Program-made: the position numbers and the translations under genes
The notes under the pieces: model-generated
The model's input: the letters and a program-made list of their open reading frames with translations, nothing else
Database searches by the model: none
Told to the model about the DNA's origin: nothing
Part shown: positions 18,701-27,752 of the stretch, in pieces
Numbering within the stretch: position 1 is the first letter of the stretch
Layout: each line of letters begins with the position of its first letter
Assembly (NCBI GenBank): GCA_944375955.1
Contig: CALWBE010000062.1
Location: forward strand, 1,314-65,313
Direction: 5' to 3'
Length of the DNA: 64,000 bases
DNA from: an uncultured Clostridia bacterium
GTDB taxonomy: Bacteria > Bacillota > Clostridia > Oscillospirales > CAG-382

Positions 18701-21700
18701 GCTTGTCTTATAACTGTGAAAAACGGTTTGGCTGATTATTCAGACGATGAGCCGCGCATGATAGATTTGATAAATCGCATTTCACGTATCGCCTCCGGAA
18801 CCGATTTTACAGTGCTCTACAACAAAAGCAGAAACCTCTTTTCAGTCGGCGCCGTAATATCGCCTGATGGCAGCGCTGAACTTGATACCGGCTGCTATGA
18901 CTTTCTTATGAGCGAAGCGCGAATATTAAGCTATATTGCAGTATCATCGCGTATAGTACCGAAAAGTCACTGGAAAAAGCTCTCCAGACCTCTAATAAGC
19001 TCTGGAGGATATATCGGTCTTTCTTCTTGGTCGGGAACTGCTTTCGAATATTTTATGCCTGATCTTTTTATGCCTATAAGAAAAGGCTCTCTCTTATATG
19101 AGGCTATGCTTTTTGCCTACCGTGCTCAGTCATCACGAAGAGCAGGGTCGGTATGGGGTATTTCGGAAAGCGGTTTTTTTGCCTTCGACTGTGATCTTAA
19201 CTATCAGTACAAGGCTTTCGGAGTGCCTCTTCTCGGTCAAAAAAGCGGTCTTGACGAAGATCTCGTGATTTCCCCATATTCCTCCTTCTTAGCATTATGC
19301 GTATCTGTATCAGGTGTACTAAATAATCTTTATTCATTGTCAAAACTGGGAATATACGGCAAATACGGGTTTTATGAGGCAGTCGATTTTACACGCTCAA
19401 GAGTTAAAAAGGGAAGCGCATGCGTCAAAAGCTATATGTCTCACCATCTGGGTATGAGCATGCTTGCTCTCGCAAATGCTTCTTTAGACGGCATAATAAC
19501 AAAACGTTTTATGCTTGACGGAAAGATGGAATGCGGCAAGGAACTTCTTGAAGAAAAAATCCCCGTTAACGCCGTGATAAAAAAGCTAAGGAAAATAAGT
19601 GCTCCGCATATACAGTTTGAAAAAATGCGTCCTCCGGAAAAAATAACCATTTCCGAGCATTCATTAGTATTGCCTGTGCCTGCGTGCTTATCTGACGGAA
19701 AACTATCCTGTATTATAAGCGACTGCGGTCAAATTATGATATCAAAAAACGGGGTAAACCTTTGCTCTTATTCAGAACCAAGCAAAAAATTTATTGCTGA
19801 CGCCCCCGTGTCACTTTATTGCTATCTTAAACTTGACGGCCGTGTTTACGGAATGACTCCGCTCGCTTATGCAGTTTTATCACGTGGAAAATATTCGTTC
19901 TCATATTCAGAATGCTCAGTCATTCATTCTTTTTCCTGCGAAAAGGGCGACTTCTCTTTATCATATACAATAGATTCAGGAAACCGTTCGCTTCTGCGAA
20001 TAAAACTTTCCGGTATCGCAAAAGCAGAAAAAGCTGATTTCAGATTCGTCTTCTTTCCTTGTCTTTCAGATAAAGATTCATATGGCGCACACCCTGCATT
20101 TTCAGAGCTTTTTATAGAATCGTCATATGACAAATCGGAAAATATAATATTTTATAAAAGACGGCGCAGAATTTCTTCTGAAGAAGAACTTATACTTGCA
20201 GTTGCGCTTTCTGACAAAAACTGCAGCCTCAGTTTTTCTGCAAAGCGCAGTCTTAATATGCCGGGAAGTTTTATAAATGATCCTTTTATGCTATTCGAAG
20301 AAAAGAATGACGGTGACAGCGGTGCATGCATAAATCCGTTATGCAAGATAGGCTCAGCATATGATGGCAGAAAAGGTGCAGAACTTCTGCTTGTTATGAC
20401 GCATTCCGCCGAAAGCGCAAAAGAAGCGATTCTTTCGGCAAGAAAAAGCAGTTTTGAAAACGCAGAAAGAGCTCTATCAGAAACCGCATCACAGTTTGCG
20501 CTCGGAGCCGGAATATCGTCGGTAGGAAATGACGGTGCTGTAAAAGAACTGTTGTCGGATATCATTTACGGAGATGAAAGCACAAACAATAGATGCAGGA
20601 TTTCAGATGTGTTTTTTTCGGATATGACTCCCCATATTTCTATCGACTCATTATGGAAATATGGTATTTCTGGTGATCTTCCGATAATAGCTGTAGATAT
20701 AGGAGAATATTTCTTCCCGTCTCCTATTGAAAAGCGCATACGCGCGTTTAAGCTGCTTACAATGAAGAATGTTAGATGCGATCTTGTTATATTTTACCGT
20801 GAGACCGACAAATATGACCGAAAGCTCGAAAAAAAACTTCGTGAACTTATTTCAAAATGCTCAGCTGAAGGTTATATCAAAAGACGCCGCGGGGGTATTC
20901 ATCTTATAGAAAAAAGCTCTATCGGGAATGATATGATCGCTTTCAGGCTTTTTGCTTCATCATATACCGACATCTATTCGGATATGGCAGCAAAAAAAAT
21001 TCACAGACCGGCAGAAAAAAATTTTTACACCGTTATAGACTCAGGGAAAAATATCTCTTGTCCTACAAATGGTCATAAAGTAAACGGAGGATATTTTTCA
21101 GATGGTAGCTTTATTATCGATAAAAGCGAAAATATTTCGCTTCCGTGGGCTCATGTCTTATCAGGTGAAAATATTTCAAGCGTACTGACTCAGAATTCTC
21201 TCGGCTATACCTTCTATAAAAACGCAGCGGAGAGACGCATAACTCCCTGGGCGGAAAGCGGAAACAATGAGCTTTCCGGCGAAAAACTATTTCTTTATGA
21301 AAACGGCGTCTTATTCGATCTCACACGCTGTTCGGCATTTGTGCGTTATTCCTGCGGAAAAGCAGAATATTTCGGAAGAGTTGCCGAAACAGATTATAAG
21401 ATAACGGTATTTTGTTCATCGCGCCTTCCAGCAAAAATAATAAAAGCTGATTTTAAAGGTAAATTATCCGACACTTCAAAAATTTACTTCTGCGTCGAGC
21501 CGTGTATGGGAAGGCATAAAAGCAAAAACGCAATAAAAGCTATTTCTGATTCTTCAATATTATTTAAAAATCCTTTATCTGAATCCTTCGGAAATTATTT
21601 CGGATTTGTTTCGGTTTTTTCAAGCAAAAAATGCAGCACCGAATGTGACAAAAGTCATTTTTACAGCTCTGAAAAAAACTCATCTTCTTTTCAAACACGC

Positions 21701-23431
21701 GATTTTGCATGTGTCGGCACAGAAGCCGGCGGAAATAATTTCTCTTGTCATTTTATTATCGGAGCAGCAAAGGACGGCTCTAAAATATTTGAAAAAATAA
21801 TCTGTGCAGCGCCTCAGAAAGAATGGTATGAAAAAGAACTGAAAACTGCAGAAAATTTCTGCTTAAATTTGATTCCTAAGATAAAATTTCTTCCGCAACG
21901 AAAAGATGACGCTTCTGAAAGCATTCTTGAAATGTTTAATAATTTCTTACCGTATTCTGCCGTTTTTTCGCGTATGCTCGCACGCTCGGGATTTTATCAG
22001 TCCGGAGGAGCATACGGTTACCGTGACCAGCTTCAGGACTGTCTCTCGCTTGTATATTCCGATCCAAAACGCGCCCTTAATCATCTTTTCCGCGCGGCCG
22101 CACATCAGTTTGCTGCAGGAGATGCGCTACACTGGTGGCATGCGCACAGCTGCCGGGGAGTAAGGACAAAATGTTCAGACGACTATTTATGGCTTCCGTT
22201 TACGGTATCTGAAATATGTTCTGTAACAGGTATGTATTCTATACTTGATACAGAAATACCTTATATTGAGGGAGAAGCGCTTGCTGACGGAGTTTCCGAA
22301 AAATACTTGCCATTTTATGTTTCACATTTGCAGGAAAATTTATATCTTCACTGCATCCGCGCGATTGACCGAGCATGCAGCCTTTTCGGAGAACATGGTT
22401 TATGTCTTATAGGCTCATGCGACTGGTGCGACGGATACAATCTTGTAGGAAAAGACGGAAAAGGCGAAAGCATATGGGTAAGCATGTTTCTTATATGCGT
22501 TATTGAAAAGTTTATTCCGATATGTGAACTTAGAGGAGAATCAGGCAGCGCAGAAAAATACAAAAATATCTCCCAAGCTCTGAAAAAAGCCATAATTGAT
22601 TACGGATATGATGATAAAAACGGATATTTTATACGCGGATATTATGATGACGGAACAATGCTCGGGGCAGAAACCTGTGATGAAGGCAAAATAGACCTGC
22701 TTCCTCAAAGCTTTGCACCTCTTTGCGGCATGCCTGAAGATATTTCAGCAAATGCGATCATGAAAGCAAAAGAAAAACTTTATGAACGGGATCTCGGAAT
22801 AATGAAGCTTCTTGATCCTCCTTTTGATAAAACAGAAAAAGAACCGGGATATATCAAAGGCTATCTTAAAGGAGTGCGTGAAAACGGAGGTCAATATACT
22901 CACGGTGCATTATTCTACGCCCTCGGATGTTTCAAATGTTCGGATATGCTTTATTCGCAGCATCCCGAAACTTCAGAGATGATATCAAGATCCGGCGGAG
23001 ATATTCTAATGTATTCAAATCCGGCGTTTCGCATGTCAGGAACCGTATCTGAAAATATAAGAAAAAGCTATATGGCCGAACCGTATGCAGCGGCGGCAGA
23101 CATTTATTCTAACGCTGATAATCCCGGACGCGGGGGCTGGACTCATTACACCGGAGCTGCAGGCTGGATGTACCAGCTTATTCTTAAATATGTTTTCGGA
23201 CTTGCTTTTTCTGATATATGCACTGATTCACCGAAAATATTCGTAAACACAGCACGTTATTTCCCGCTGCCGGAAATAATTTCAGGAGCATCTGTAAAAA
23301 TATACGATTTCGGATTCGATCTAACTGTAAAATTTATATCTGACGGTAAAAAATGCGTTATTACAGACGGCAGAGCGGCAGAAAATGGAATTATAACAAA
23401 AAATATAAAAAGCGCTGAAATTCATTTTTAG
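15788..23431 (+). CDS. Giant (2,547 aa) multidomain membrane glycosyltransferase with cyclic beta-1,2-glucan synthase (Cgs/ChvB/NdvB)-like architecture
   Basis: N to C: WLTDNYSFIEEE (aa 71-82); a TM pair around aa 283-325; a GT-A module with LD(486)AD(488)T, GYGIMQPKMS, ILSHDILEG and RWIRGDIQN (636-644); about 4 further hydrophobic helices (aa ~670-840); an alpha/alpha6-like block HRTSPTNIGLYLSS, HLYNWYDT, SSVDSGNF, WSGTAFEYFMP, WGISESGFFAFD, YGFYEAVDF; then a GH94-like block GGAYGYRDQLQD (R2079), HWWH, CDWCDGYN, RENGGQYTHGA (~2365), GRGGWTHYTGAAGWMYQ. Confidence 0.8.
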   Translation: MNSPDIEKNSFSAALALCENIAQEISPAKHMCRGLRLRGMLKKSFSDTKKIFLRAENYSETSAALSDAFLWLTDNYSFIEEEFRYCICTLKKKKGTASKNGLPFVYEASMRLFSICDGDVSGTQIDALAASCDSTIPSGMGYDDFCSFSHFLKCALLSYIGGISAKFSGSDAVFQGDESGDRLISAIKTLKYLSVHNFTESFSLCKLERILSNDPAGVYPVMTENSSSELRRLLHFEAKSSGMSDSAYAEKLYDLSVHGKSNAEKYIGYNVGKLPSERKLYFPLLYGLSAAVSILASYYVNIWLFPLLFFPLLDALKPALDAVISMICKNTGLIPAIKLSEIPENAKTLCVITALLRGEEHDGELFTRLERIYNANSGKNIKFGLLCDLCDNDGATKSTDEAVAGYARGRIDSLNAKYGNDFIFFIRPRSYSKSERSFMPYERKRGAVIELSKLIKTGESSFDAGVKSLADNISFIKEVKYVITLDADTNLGIDIARDLIGKMIHPKNIPVIDTKSHKVISGYGIMQPKMSTDLDGARATPFSRLMCGGGGTDIYSGASFDLYQSLFGEGIFCGKGIFDVDAFYNTIVLSEFFPDDKILSHDILEGERLRTALLCDVELTDGFPKNELSYLKRKHRWIRGDIQNLMFLSKKIKVGNKKRKNDLSLLSKYKLFDNARRAVTPIISLAIIIVSFFWPQPYSAILFFAAFSPYIIPFVIDTITLITTLTVKSAARKFFSKGVTVGIWQSFLRMLYFSAMLAKDALMSLGACLTSAYRMLISKKKLLEWVTAAQSDSGKSSAMLFISKHIASSLLGAFLFFFAPGGLIKFTGLAFFIMPIVAFFTSKDFSSKKSISPEDKKKLSAYAADIWKFFDENVNKQNHFLPPDNIQFSPYEKTAHRTSPTNIGLYLSSCLAARDFGFINTAELYEKINASIETVEKLKKWKGHLYNWYDTESLSILNPAYISSVDSGNFVACLITVKNGLADYSDDEPRMIDLINRISRIASGTDFTVLYNKSRNLFSVGAVISPDGSAELDTGCYDFLMSEARILSYIAVSSRIVPKSHWKKLSRPLISSGGYIGLSSWSGTAFEYFMPDLFMPIRKGSLLYEAMLFAYRAQSSRRAGSVWGISESGFFAFDCDLNYQYKAFGVPLLGQKSGLDEDLVISPYSSFLALCVSVSGVLNNLYSLSKLGIYGKYGFYEAVDFTRSRVKKGSACVKSYMSHHLGMSMLALANASLDGIITKRFMLDGKMECGKELLEEKIPVNAVIKKLRKISAPHIQFEKMRPPEKITISEHSLVLPVPACLSDGKLSCIISDCGQIMISKNGVNLCSYSEPSKKFIADAPVSLYCYLKLDGRVYGMTPLAYAVLSRGKYSFSYSECSVIHSFSCEKGDFSLSYTIDSGNRSLLRIKLSGIAKAEKADFRFVFFPCLSDKDSYGAHPAFSELFIESSYDKSENIIFYKRRRRISSEEELILAVALSDKNCSLSFSAKRSLNMPGSFINDPFMLFEEKNDGDSGACINPLCKIGSAYDGRKGAELLLVMTHSAESAKEAILSARKSSFENAERALSETASQFALGAGISSVGNDGAVKELLSDIIYGDESTNNRCRISDVFFSDMTPHISIDSLWKYGISGDLPIIAVDIGEYFFPSPIEKRIRAFKLLTMKNVRCDLVIFYRETDKYDRKLEKKLRELISKCSAEGYIKRRRGGIHLIEKSSIGNDMIAFRLFASSYTDIYSDMAAKKIHRPAEKNFYTVIDSGKNISCPTNGHKVNGGYFSDGSFIIDKSENISLPWAHVLSGENISSVLTQNSLGYTFYKNAAERRITPWAESGNNELSGEKLFLYENGVLFDLTRCSAFVRYSCGKAEYFGRVAETDYKITVFCSSRLPAKIIKADFKGKLSDTSKIYFCVEPCMGRHKSKNAIKAISDSSILFKNPLSESFGNYFGFVSVFSSKKCSTECDKSHFYSSEKNSSSFQTRDFACVGTEAGGNNFSCHFIIGAAKDGSKIFEKIICAAPQKEWYEKELKTAENFCLNLIPKIKFLPQRKDDASESILEMFNNFLPYSAVFSRMLARSGFYQSGGAYGYRDQLQDCLSLVYSDPKRALNHLFRAAAHQFAAGDALHWWHAHSCRGVRTKCSDDYLWLPFTVSEICSVTGMYSILDTEIPYIEGEALADGVSEKYLPFYVSHLQENLYLHCIRAIDRACSLFGEHGLCLIGSCDWCDGYNLVGKDGKGESIWVSMFLICVIEKFIPICELRGESGSAEKYKNISQALKKAIIDYGYDDKNGYFIRGYYDDGTMLGAETCDEGKIDLLPQSFAPLCGMPEDISANAIMKAKEKLYERDLGIMKLLDPPFDKTEKEPGYIKGYLKGVRENGGQYTHGALFYALGCFKCSDMLYSQHPETSEMISRSGGDILMYSNPAFRMSGTVSENIRKSYMAEPYAAAADIYSNADNPGRGGWTHYTGAAGWMYQLILKYVFGLAFSDICTDSPKIFVNTARYFPLPEIISGASVKIYDFGFDLTVKFISDGKKCVITDGRAAENGIITKNIKSAEIHF

Positions 23432-23432
23432 C

Positions 23433-23470
23433 AAAAATCTCCGAGGGAAAATTCTCCTCGGAGATTTTTA
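23433..23470 (+). terminator. Strong bidirectional hairpin terminator shared by the giant gene (+) and folD (-)
   Basis: ATCTCCGAGG (23437-23446) pairs perfectly with CCTCGGAGAT (23456-23465). It is flanked by A5 and T5 and starts 2 nt after the TAG at 23429-23431. Confidence 0.8.
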
Positions 23471-23652
23471 TAAATTATAGTGTTTATTTTCTTAATTAAA
23501 AATTTATTTAATTCTTTTTTTGAATACGATATTCATATATGCGACAAGACACAAACAAAGTATGAACGTTAAGGCTGACAATATCTGCTGTCCGTAAACA
23601 CGAAATCCGAACCAAGAAACAGAATTACAATAAGAACCGCATTAATAATTGA

Positions 23653-24510
23653 TTATTCTCCTTCGGCAAGCAGTTCAGCAGCTTTGAGTGTGTTCTTCAT
23701 AAGCATGGTTATTGTCATAGGACCAACTCCACCGGGCACAGGCGTAATATATGAAGCTTTTTTCTCACATGAAGCAAAGTCGGCGTCTCCACAAAGCTTG
23801 CCTGCAGCGTCGCGGTTCATCCCTACGTCTATTACAACCGCACCGTCTTTTATCATATCCCCTGTTAAAAATCCCGCCTTGCCTACTGCCGCAATCACAA
23901 TATCGGCATTTCTCGTTACGGCACCCACGTCCGGCGTCTTTGAATGACATATAGTTACTGTACTGTTTTTATGGAGCATAAGCATAGCCATAGGCTTGCC
24001 TACTATGTTGCTTCTGCCTATAACAGTGCAGCTTTTTCCGCATGTCTCTATACCATATTCATCAAGAAGCTCGGTAATTCCGGCTGGCGTACACGGTACA
24101 AAATCATAGTCGCCTATCATTATTTTACCTACATTTACAGGGTGAAAAGCATCGACATCCTTCTGCGGAAGTATTGCCGCCTGTATCTTCTTTTCATCTA
24201 TATGCGATGGCACCGGAGACTGAACAAGAATACCATGAACAGCTTTATCTTTATTCAGCTTATCTATAAGCGATAAAAGTTCAGCTTCAGTAGTCTCTGC
24301 AGGCAAGGCATATTCAAATGAATTATATCCTATCTCATCGCATGCTTTTTTCTTATTTCTAACGTATATTTTTGAAGCCGGATCATCTCCTACTATGACT
24401 ACTGCAAGTCCTGGAGCATATCCGTATTTCTTTTTAAATTCAATCGTCTTTTCGGCAAGTCCTCCCCTTATTTTAGCACTCGTAGCTTTTCCGTCAATTA
24501 AAACTGCCAT
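23653..24510 (-). CDS. folD: Bifunctional 5,10-methylene-tetrahydrofolate dehydrogenase / cyclohydrolase
   Basis: 285 aa. GLAVVIVGDDPASKIYVRNKKKAC, HGILVQSPVP, VIGRSNIVGKPMAMLL, TPVPGGVGPMTITMLMKNT. Confidence 0.95.
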   Translation of the reverse strand: MAVLIDGKATSAKIRGGLAEKTIEFKKKYGYAPGLAVVIVGDDPASKIYVRNKKKACDEIGYNSFEYALPAETTEAELLSLIDKLNKDKAVHGILVQSPVPSHIDEKKIQAAILPQKDVDAFHPVNVGKIMIGDYDFVPCTPAGITELLDEYGIETCGKSCTVIGRSNIVGKPMAMLMLHKNSTVTICHSKTPDVGAVTRNADIVIAAVGKAGFLTGDMIKDGAVVIDVGMNRDAAGKLCGDADFASCEKKASYITPVPGGVGPMTITMLMKNTLKAAELLAEGE

Positions 24511-24548
24511 TTTTGTTTCTCCTTATTATTGATTTTAATCAAGAGTTT

Positions 24549-25484
24549 TTATTCTTGTTCATTGCTTTTTCCGCCGTCACTCTCTGGCAAAATTTCACTG
24601 TGCTCAGTAAATTGCTCAGTATATCCGTCGCTTATTTTATTCTTATTCCGAGCATGCTTTCTACCAGCGATAAGTAATACGATACTGACTATTACAAGCG
24701 CAAGCGCAAGCATCTGAGATACCCTGAAATTGCCTAACATAAGGCTGTCACCCCTCATGCCTTCTATAAAAAATCTTCCGAATCCGTACCATGAAAAATA
24801 CATTAAAACTATCTCTCCGTTAAACTTTTTATGTTTAAACCGGAAATGTATAAATATTAAACCTAAGAGATTCCACACGGACTCATATAAGAATGTAGGA
24901 TGTACGGCTATTTCTCCTACACGGCTGTTTTCTATAACCATACGCAAAACAAAATCGTCTTCAAATGAAGGTGTATGTATAACGCCTATAAAAGGAAACT
25001 CTATCATATCAAGAGTACCATATGCTTCGGCATTAAAGAAATTACCCCATCTTCCAAAAATCTGTCCTATCATTACGCCGGGCGCAAAACAGTCAAGTAT
25101 CGCCGGCAAATTTATTTTTTTTACACGTGCAACTATGCAAACCGCGATAAATCCTCCTATTATACCTCCGTAAATCGCAAGTCCGCCTTCCCATATTGCG
25201 ATTATATCATAAAATGAATCGATTTTTCCCGAATCAAAAATTAAATAATACAGCCGCGCGCATATTATCCCTGCAGGAATAGCAAAAATGATACAGTCAA
25301 GCACATCATCAAGATTAATGCCGCTCTGTTTAGCCCGATATGCCGCATATATGACTCCGAGAATCATTCCTAAAGTAATTACAGCCCCGTACCAGCGAAC
25401 TGTAAAAAACGGAGTCGACACAAGCACCGGATCTATTTCAAAAGGGCCTATCGAAAGGCCGGGAAACGAAATAGTACTTGTCAA
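24549..25484 (-). CDS. lgt: Prolipoprotein diacylglyceryl transferase
   Basis: VRWYGAVITLGMILG, GGLAIYGGIIGG, GQIFGRWGNFFNAEAYG, HPTFLYES. The likely start is TTG 25484, 7 nt after AAAGGAGA; the track start is 25520. Polar C-terminal tail. Confidence 0.9.
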   Translation of the reverse strand: MTSTISFPGLSIGPFEIDPVLVSTPFFTVRWYGAVITLGMILGVIYAAYRAKQSGINLDDVLDCIIFAIPAGIICARLYYLIFDSGKIDSFYDIIAIWEGGLAIYGGIIGGFIAVCIVARVKKINLPAILDCFAPGVMIGQIFGRWGNFFNAEAYGTLDMIEFPFIGVIHTPSFEDDFVLRMVIENSRVGEIAVHPTFLYESVWNLLGLIFIHFRFKHKKFNGEIVLMYFSWYGFGRFFIEGMRGDSLMLGNFRVSQMLALALVIVSIVLLIAGRKHARNKNKISDGYTEQFTEHSEILPESDGGKSNEQE

Positions 25485-25557
25485 ATTTCTTTCTCCTTTC
25501 CTATAAACATTGTAAAACAAAAAACTATTTAGTATGAAAACTTATTATCTTTTAAAA

Positions 25558-26460
25558 TCATTTATTGCTTTTCGACACTTCAAAAGTCACTTTATTTCCG
25601 TTGCTTCTGCAAATTATATCACCGTTATAATCAGTTCTATAAACAGTCGCTCCGGAATCCCGCAGTCGGCTTAACGTATTCTCAGACGGATGATCGTAAG
25701 AATTGTCTTTTCCTACCGATATAACGGCATATTTCGGCATTACAGCCCTGAGAAAAGGATATGTCGTAGAACTGTCGCTTCCATGATGACCAACCTTTAA
25801 AACAGTACATGAAATATCATATCCGCCTTCAAGAATTGCAAGTTCGGTTTCCCTTTCAGCATCTCCTGTAAGCAAAAATGATGTATCGCCGTAAATGATC
25901 TTCATTACAATAGAAGTGTTATTCGCGTCGTCCTTTGTATTGCAGGCTATAATATTTACTTCCGCTTCTCCCAACGAAAATCTGTCGCCGGCTGACGGAA
26001 CACTTATTTCCTTTCCCTGCTTTTCTACATTTTTTACGAAATTGCTAAACGCTTTGCTGTCATATTGCGTAACCGGACACAATACCTTTTCTGCAGCAGC
26101 GTAATTAAGGGCTCCCGACAAACCTCCGACATGATCCTCATGAGCATGCGTTGCAACTATGTAATCAAGCTCGGTAACCTCATAATTATCAAGATAAGTA
26201 TATATAAGGTCAGAATCCTCAGAATTTCCTCCGTCTATCAGCATTGTTTCGCCCTTACAGAACACAAGCGCGGCATCTGCCTGTCCCACATCTATAAAGT
26301 GTATCTCAAAATCTTCTGTAAACTCCTTATGTTCTTTTTCTGATTCCTCATTTTTCAGCATTTTTGCCGCCGCAGCCGCAGCGGCAAAAATCAGAACTGC
26401 AAATAAAAATGTCAGAGTTTTTTTAAAACCGGAATGTTCACTGATCTTTCTGTTTCGCAT
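25558..26460 (-). CDS. Membrane-anchored MBL-fold metallohydrolase, ComEC C-terminal (beta-lactamase-like) domain type
   Basis: 300 aa. N-terminal signal anchor TLTFLFAVLIFAAAAAAA. FIDVGQADAAL, metal motif ATHAHEDHVGG, LKVGHHGSDSS. Confidence 0.8.
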   Translation of the reverse strand: MRNRKISEHSGFKKTLTFLFAVLIFAAAAAAAKMLKNEESEKEHKEFTEDFEIHFIDVGQADAALVFCKGETMLIDGGNSEDSDLIYTYLDNYEVTELDYIVATHAHEDHVGGLSGALNYAAAEKVLCPVTQYDSKAFSNFVKNVEKQGKEISVPSAGDRFSLGEAEVNIIACNTKDDANNTSIVMKIIYGDTSFLLTGDAERETELAILEGGYDISCTVLKVGHHGSDSSTTYPFLRAVMPKYAVISVGKDNSYDHPSENTLSRLRDSGATVYRTDYNGDIICRSNGNKVTFEVSKSNK

Positions 26461-26474
26461 CGCTCACCACAAAT

Positions 26475-27752
26475 TCATATAGGAAGTACTTTTGACAATA
26501 CCATACGTTCTTCTATAAAATCTGATCTAAAACGCTTTGTAACATCTTCAAGGCTAACATCAGATATTATTTGCGGATAGTCAAACATATTAAAACCTCT
26601 GAAAATATATGATATAAAATCATTAGCAATATCCTCGGTGCTATTAAATACACGCAGGCAAGAAGCGTAAAGAACCCTCTTAATACGCTCGAAATCCTGC
26701 GGATCAAAGCCTTGGCTCTTATATTTCTTAATTTCAGATAATACTTCTGCATATACAGCATCCGGATCTTTTGAATAACCGCTTATCTCACAAAAGCCAA
26801 AGTTTGTATGCGCCTCATATCCGGATGAAAAAGCCGTATTTATAAGTCCGTTTTCATAAAGTCTCGTATAAAAACCGCTTGCTTTTCCAAAAAGAAGCTC
26901 AAGAATTATCTCATATTCCGCCTGCTTTCTTGCAAGCTCAGATCCTTCGCTCGGTTGATGTGTATCTTTTATCCCTATTGAGAAAAGCGGCATGGAAACA
27001 CTCAGCTTTTGTGATATTTCTCTTTGAAATACAGTATCCGGCTCGTCAGGGAAAATACGCTTAACATCTGCGTGGGCAGCTTCGTTCAAATGTGCGTCGC
27101 ATACCTTTAACACCTCTTCCGGATCTATATTTCCGCATACGCATAATGCCATATTGCGAAGATTATAAAACGTATTATATGCAGTATATAGGATCTCCGG
27201 AGTTATCTTTGCAATGGTTTCAACAGTTCCCGCCGTGTCAATACGTGCCGGATGATTATGATACAAGGCTGTAAGCATGTTAAAATAAAGTCTCCAGCCG
27301 GGATTGTCATCGTACATACGTATTTCCTGTCCTATTATTCCCTGTTCTTTAGCAACTGTTTCATCAGTAAAATACGGGTGAGTTACAAAATCAAGCAGCA
27401 CTCCAAGAGATTCCTTAATATTTTCGGTTGCAGAAAACAAATATACTGTCTTATCGCTTGAAGTATATGCATTTGCACTTGCTCCGTATTCAGCATACTT
27501 TTTAAAGGTATCTATACCGTCTTCATTTTCAAAAAGCTTATGCTCAAGAAAATGCGCGATTCCGTCAGGAAGATTTACTTCTTTTCCTTCCGTTATAAAG
27601 TGGTTGTCTACCGATCCAAAATTAGTCCCGAAAACAGCATATCCCGTTCCGTGATTTTTTGGTATCACAAATATACGAAGACCGCTCTTATGTGTCGTAT
27701 AATAATATTTTTCTTCTATCAGCTTGTTTTCTTTCAGAACAAAACTGCTCAT
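26475..27752 (-). CDS. M16-family zinc peptidase (active-site-bearing subunit)
   Basis: 425 aa. Inverted zincin motif HFLEH within GIAHFLEHKLFENEDG. ATGA overlap with the upstream M16 gene. Confidence 0.85.
   Translation of the reverse strand: MSSFVLKENKLIEEKYYYTTHKSGLRIFVIPKNHGTGYAVFGTNFGSVDNHFITEGKEVNLPDGIAHFLEHKLFENEDGIDTFKKYAEYGASANAYTSSDKTVYLFSATENIKESLGVLLDFVTHPYFTDETVAKEQGIIGQEIRMYDDNPGWRLYFNMLTALYHNHPARIDTAGTVETIAKITPEILYTAYNTFYNLRNMALCVCGNIDPEEVLKVCDAHLNEAAHADVKRIFPDEPDTVFQREISQKLSVSMPLFSIGIKDTHQPSEGSELARKQAEYEIILELLFGKASGFYTRLYENGLINTAFSSGYEAHTNFGFCEISGYSKDPDAVYAEVLSEIKKYKSQGFDPQDFERIKRVLYASCLRVFNSTEDIANDFISYIFRGFNMFDYPQIISDVSLEDVTKRFRSDFIEERMVLSKVLPI

Noticed and set aside
23471-23652. 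180-nt gap between the folD stop and the shared terminator; examined for an sRNA, a small ORF or a gene remnant (the minus strand reads a hydrophobic IINAVLIVILFLGSDFVF stretch)
   Set aside because: No start codon or RBS, no promoter and no convincing secondary structure. It is most simply a long folD 3' UTR ending at the bidirectional hairpin.
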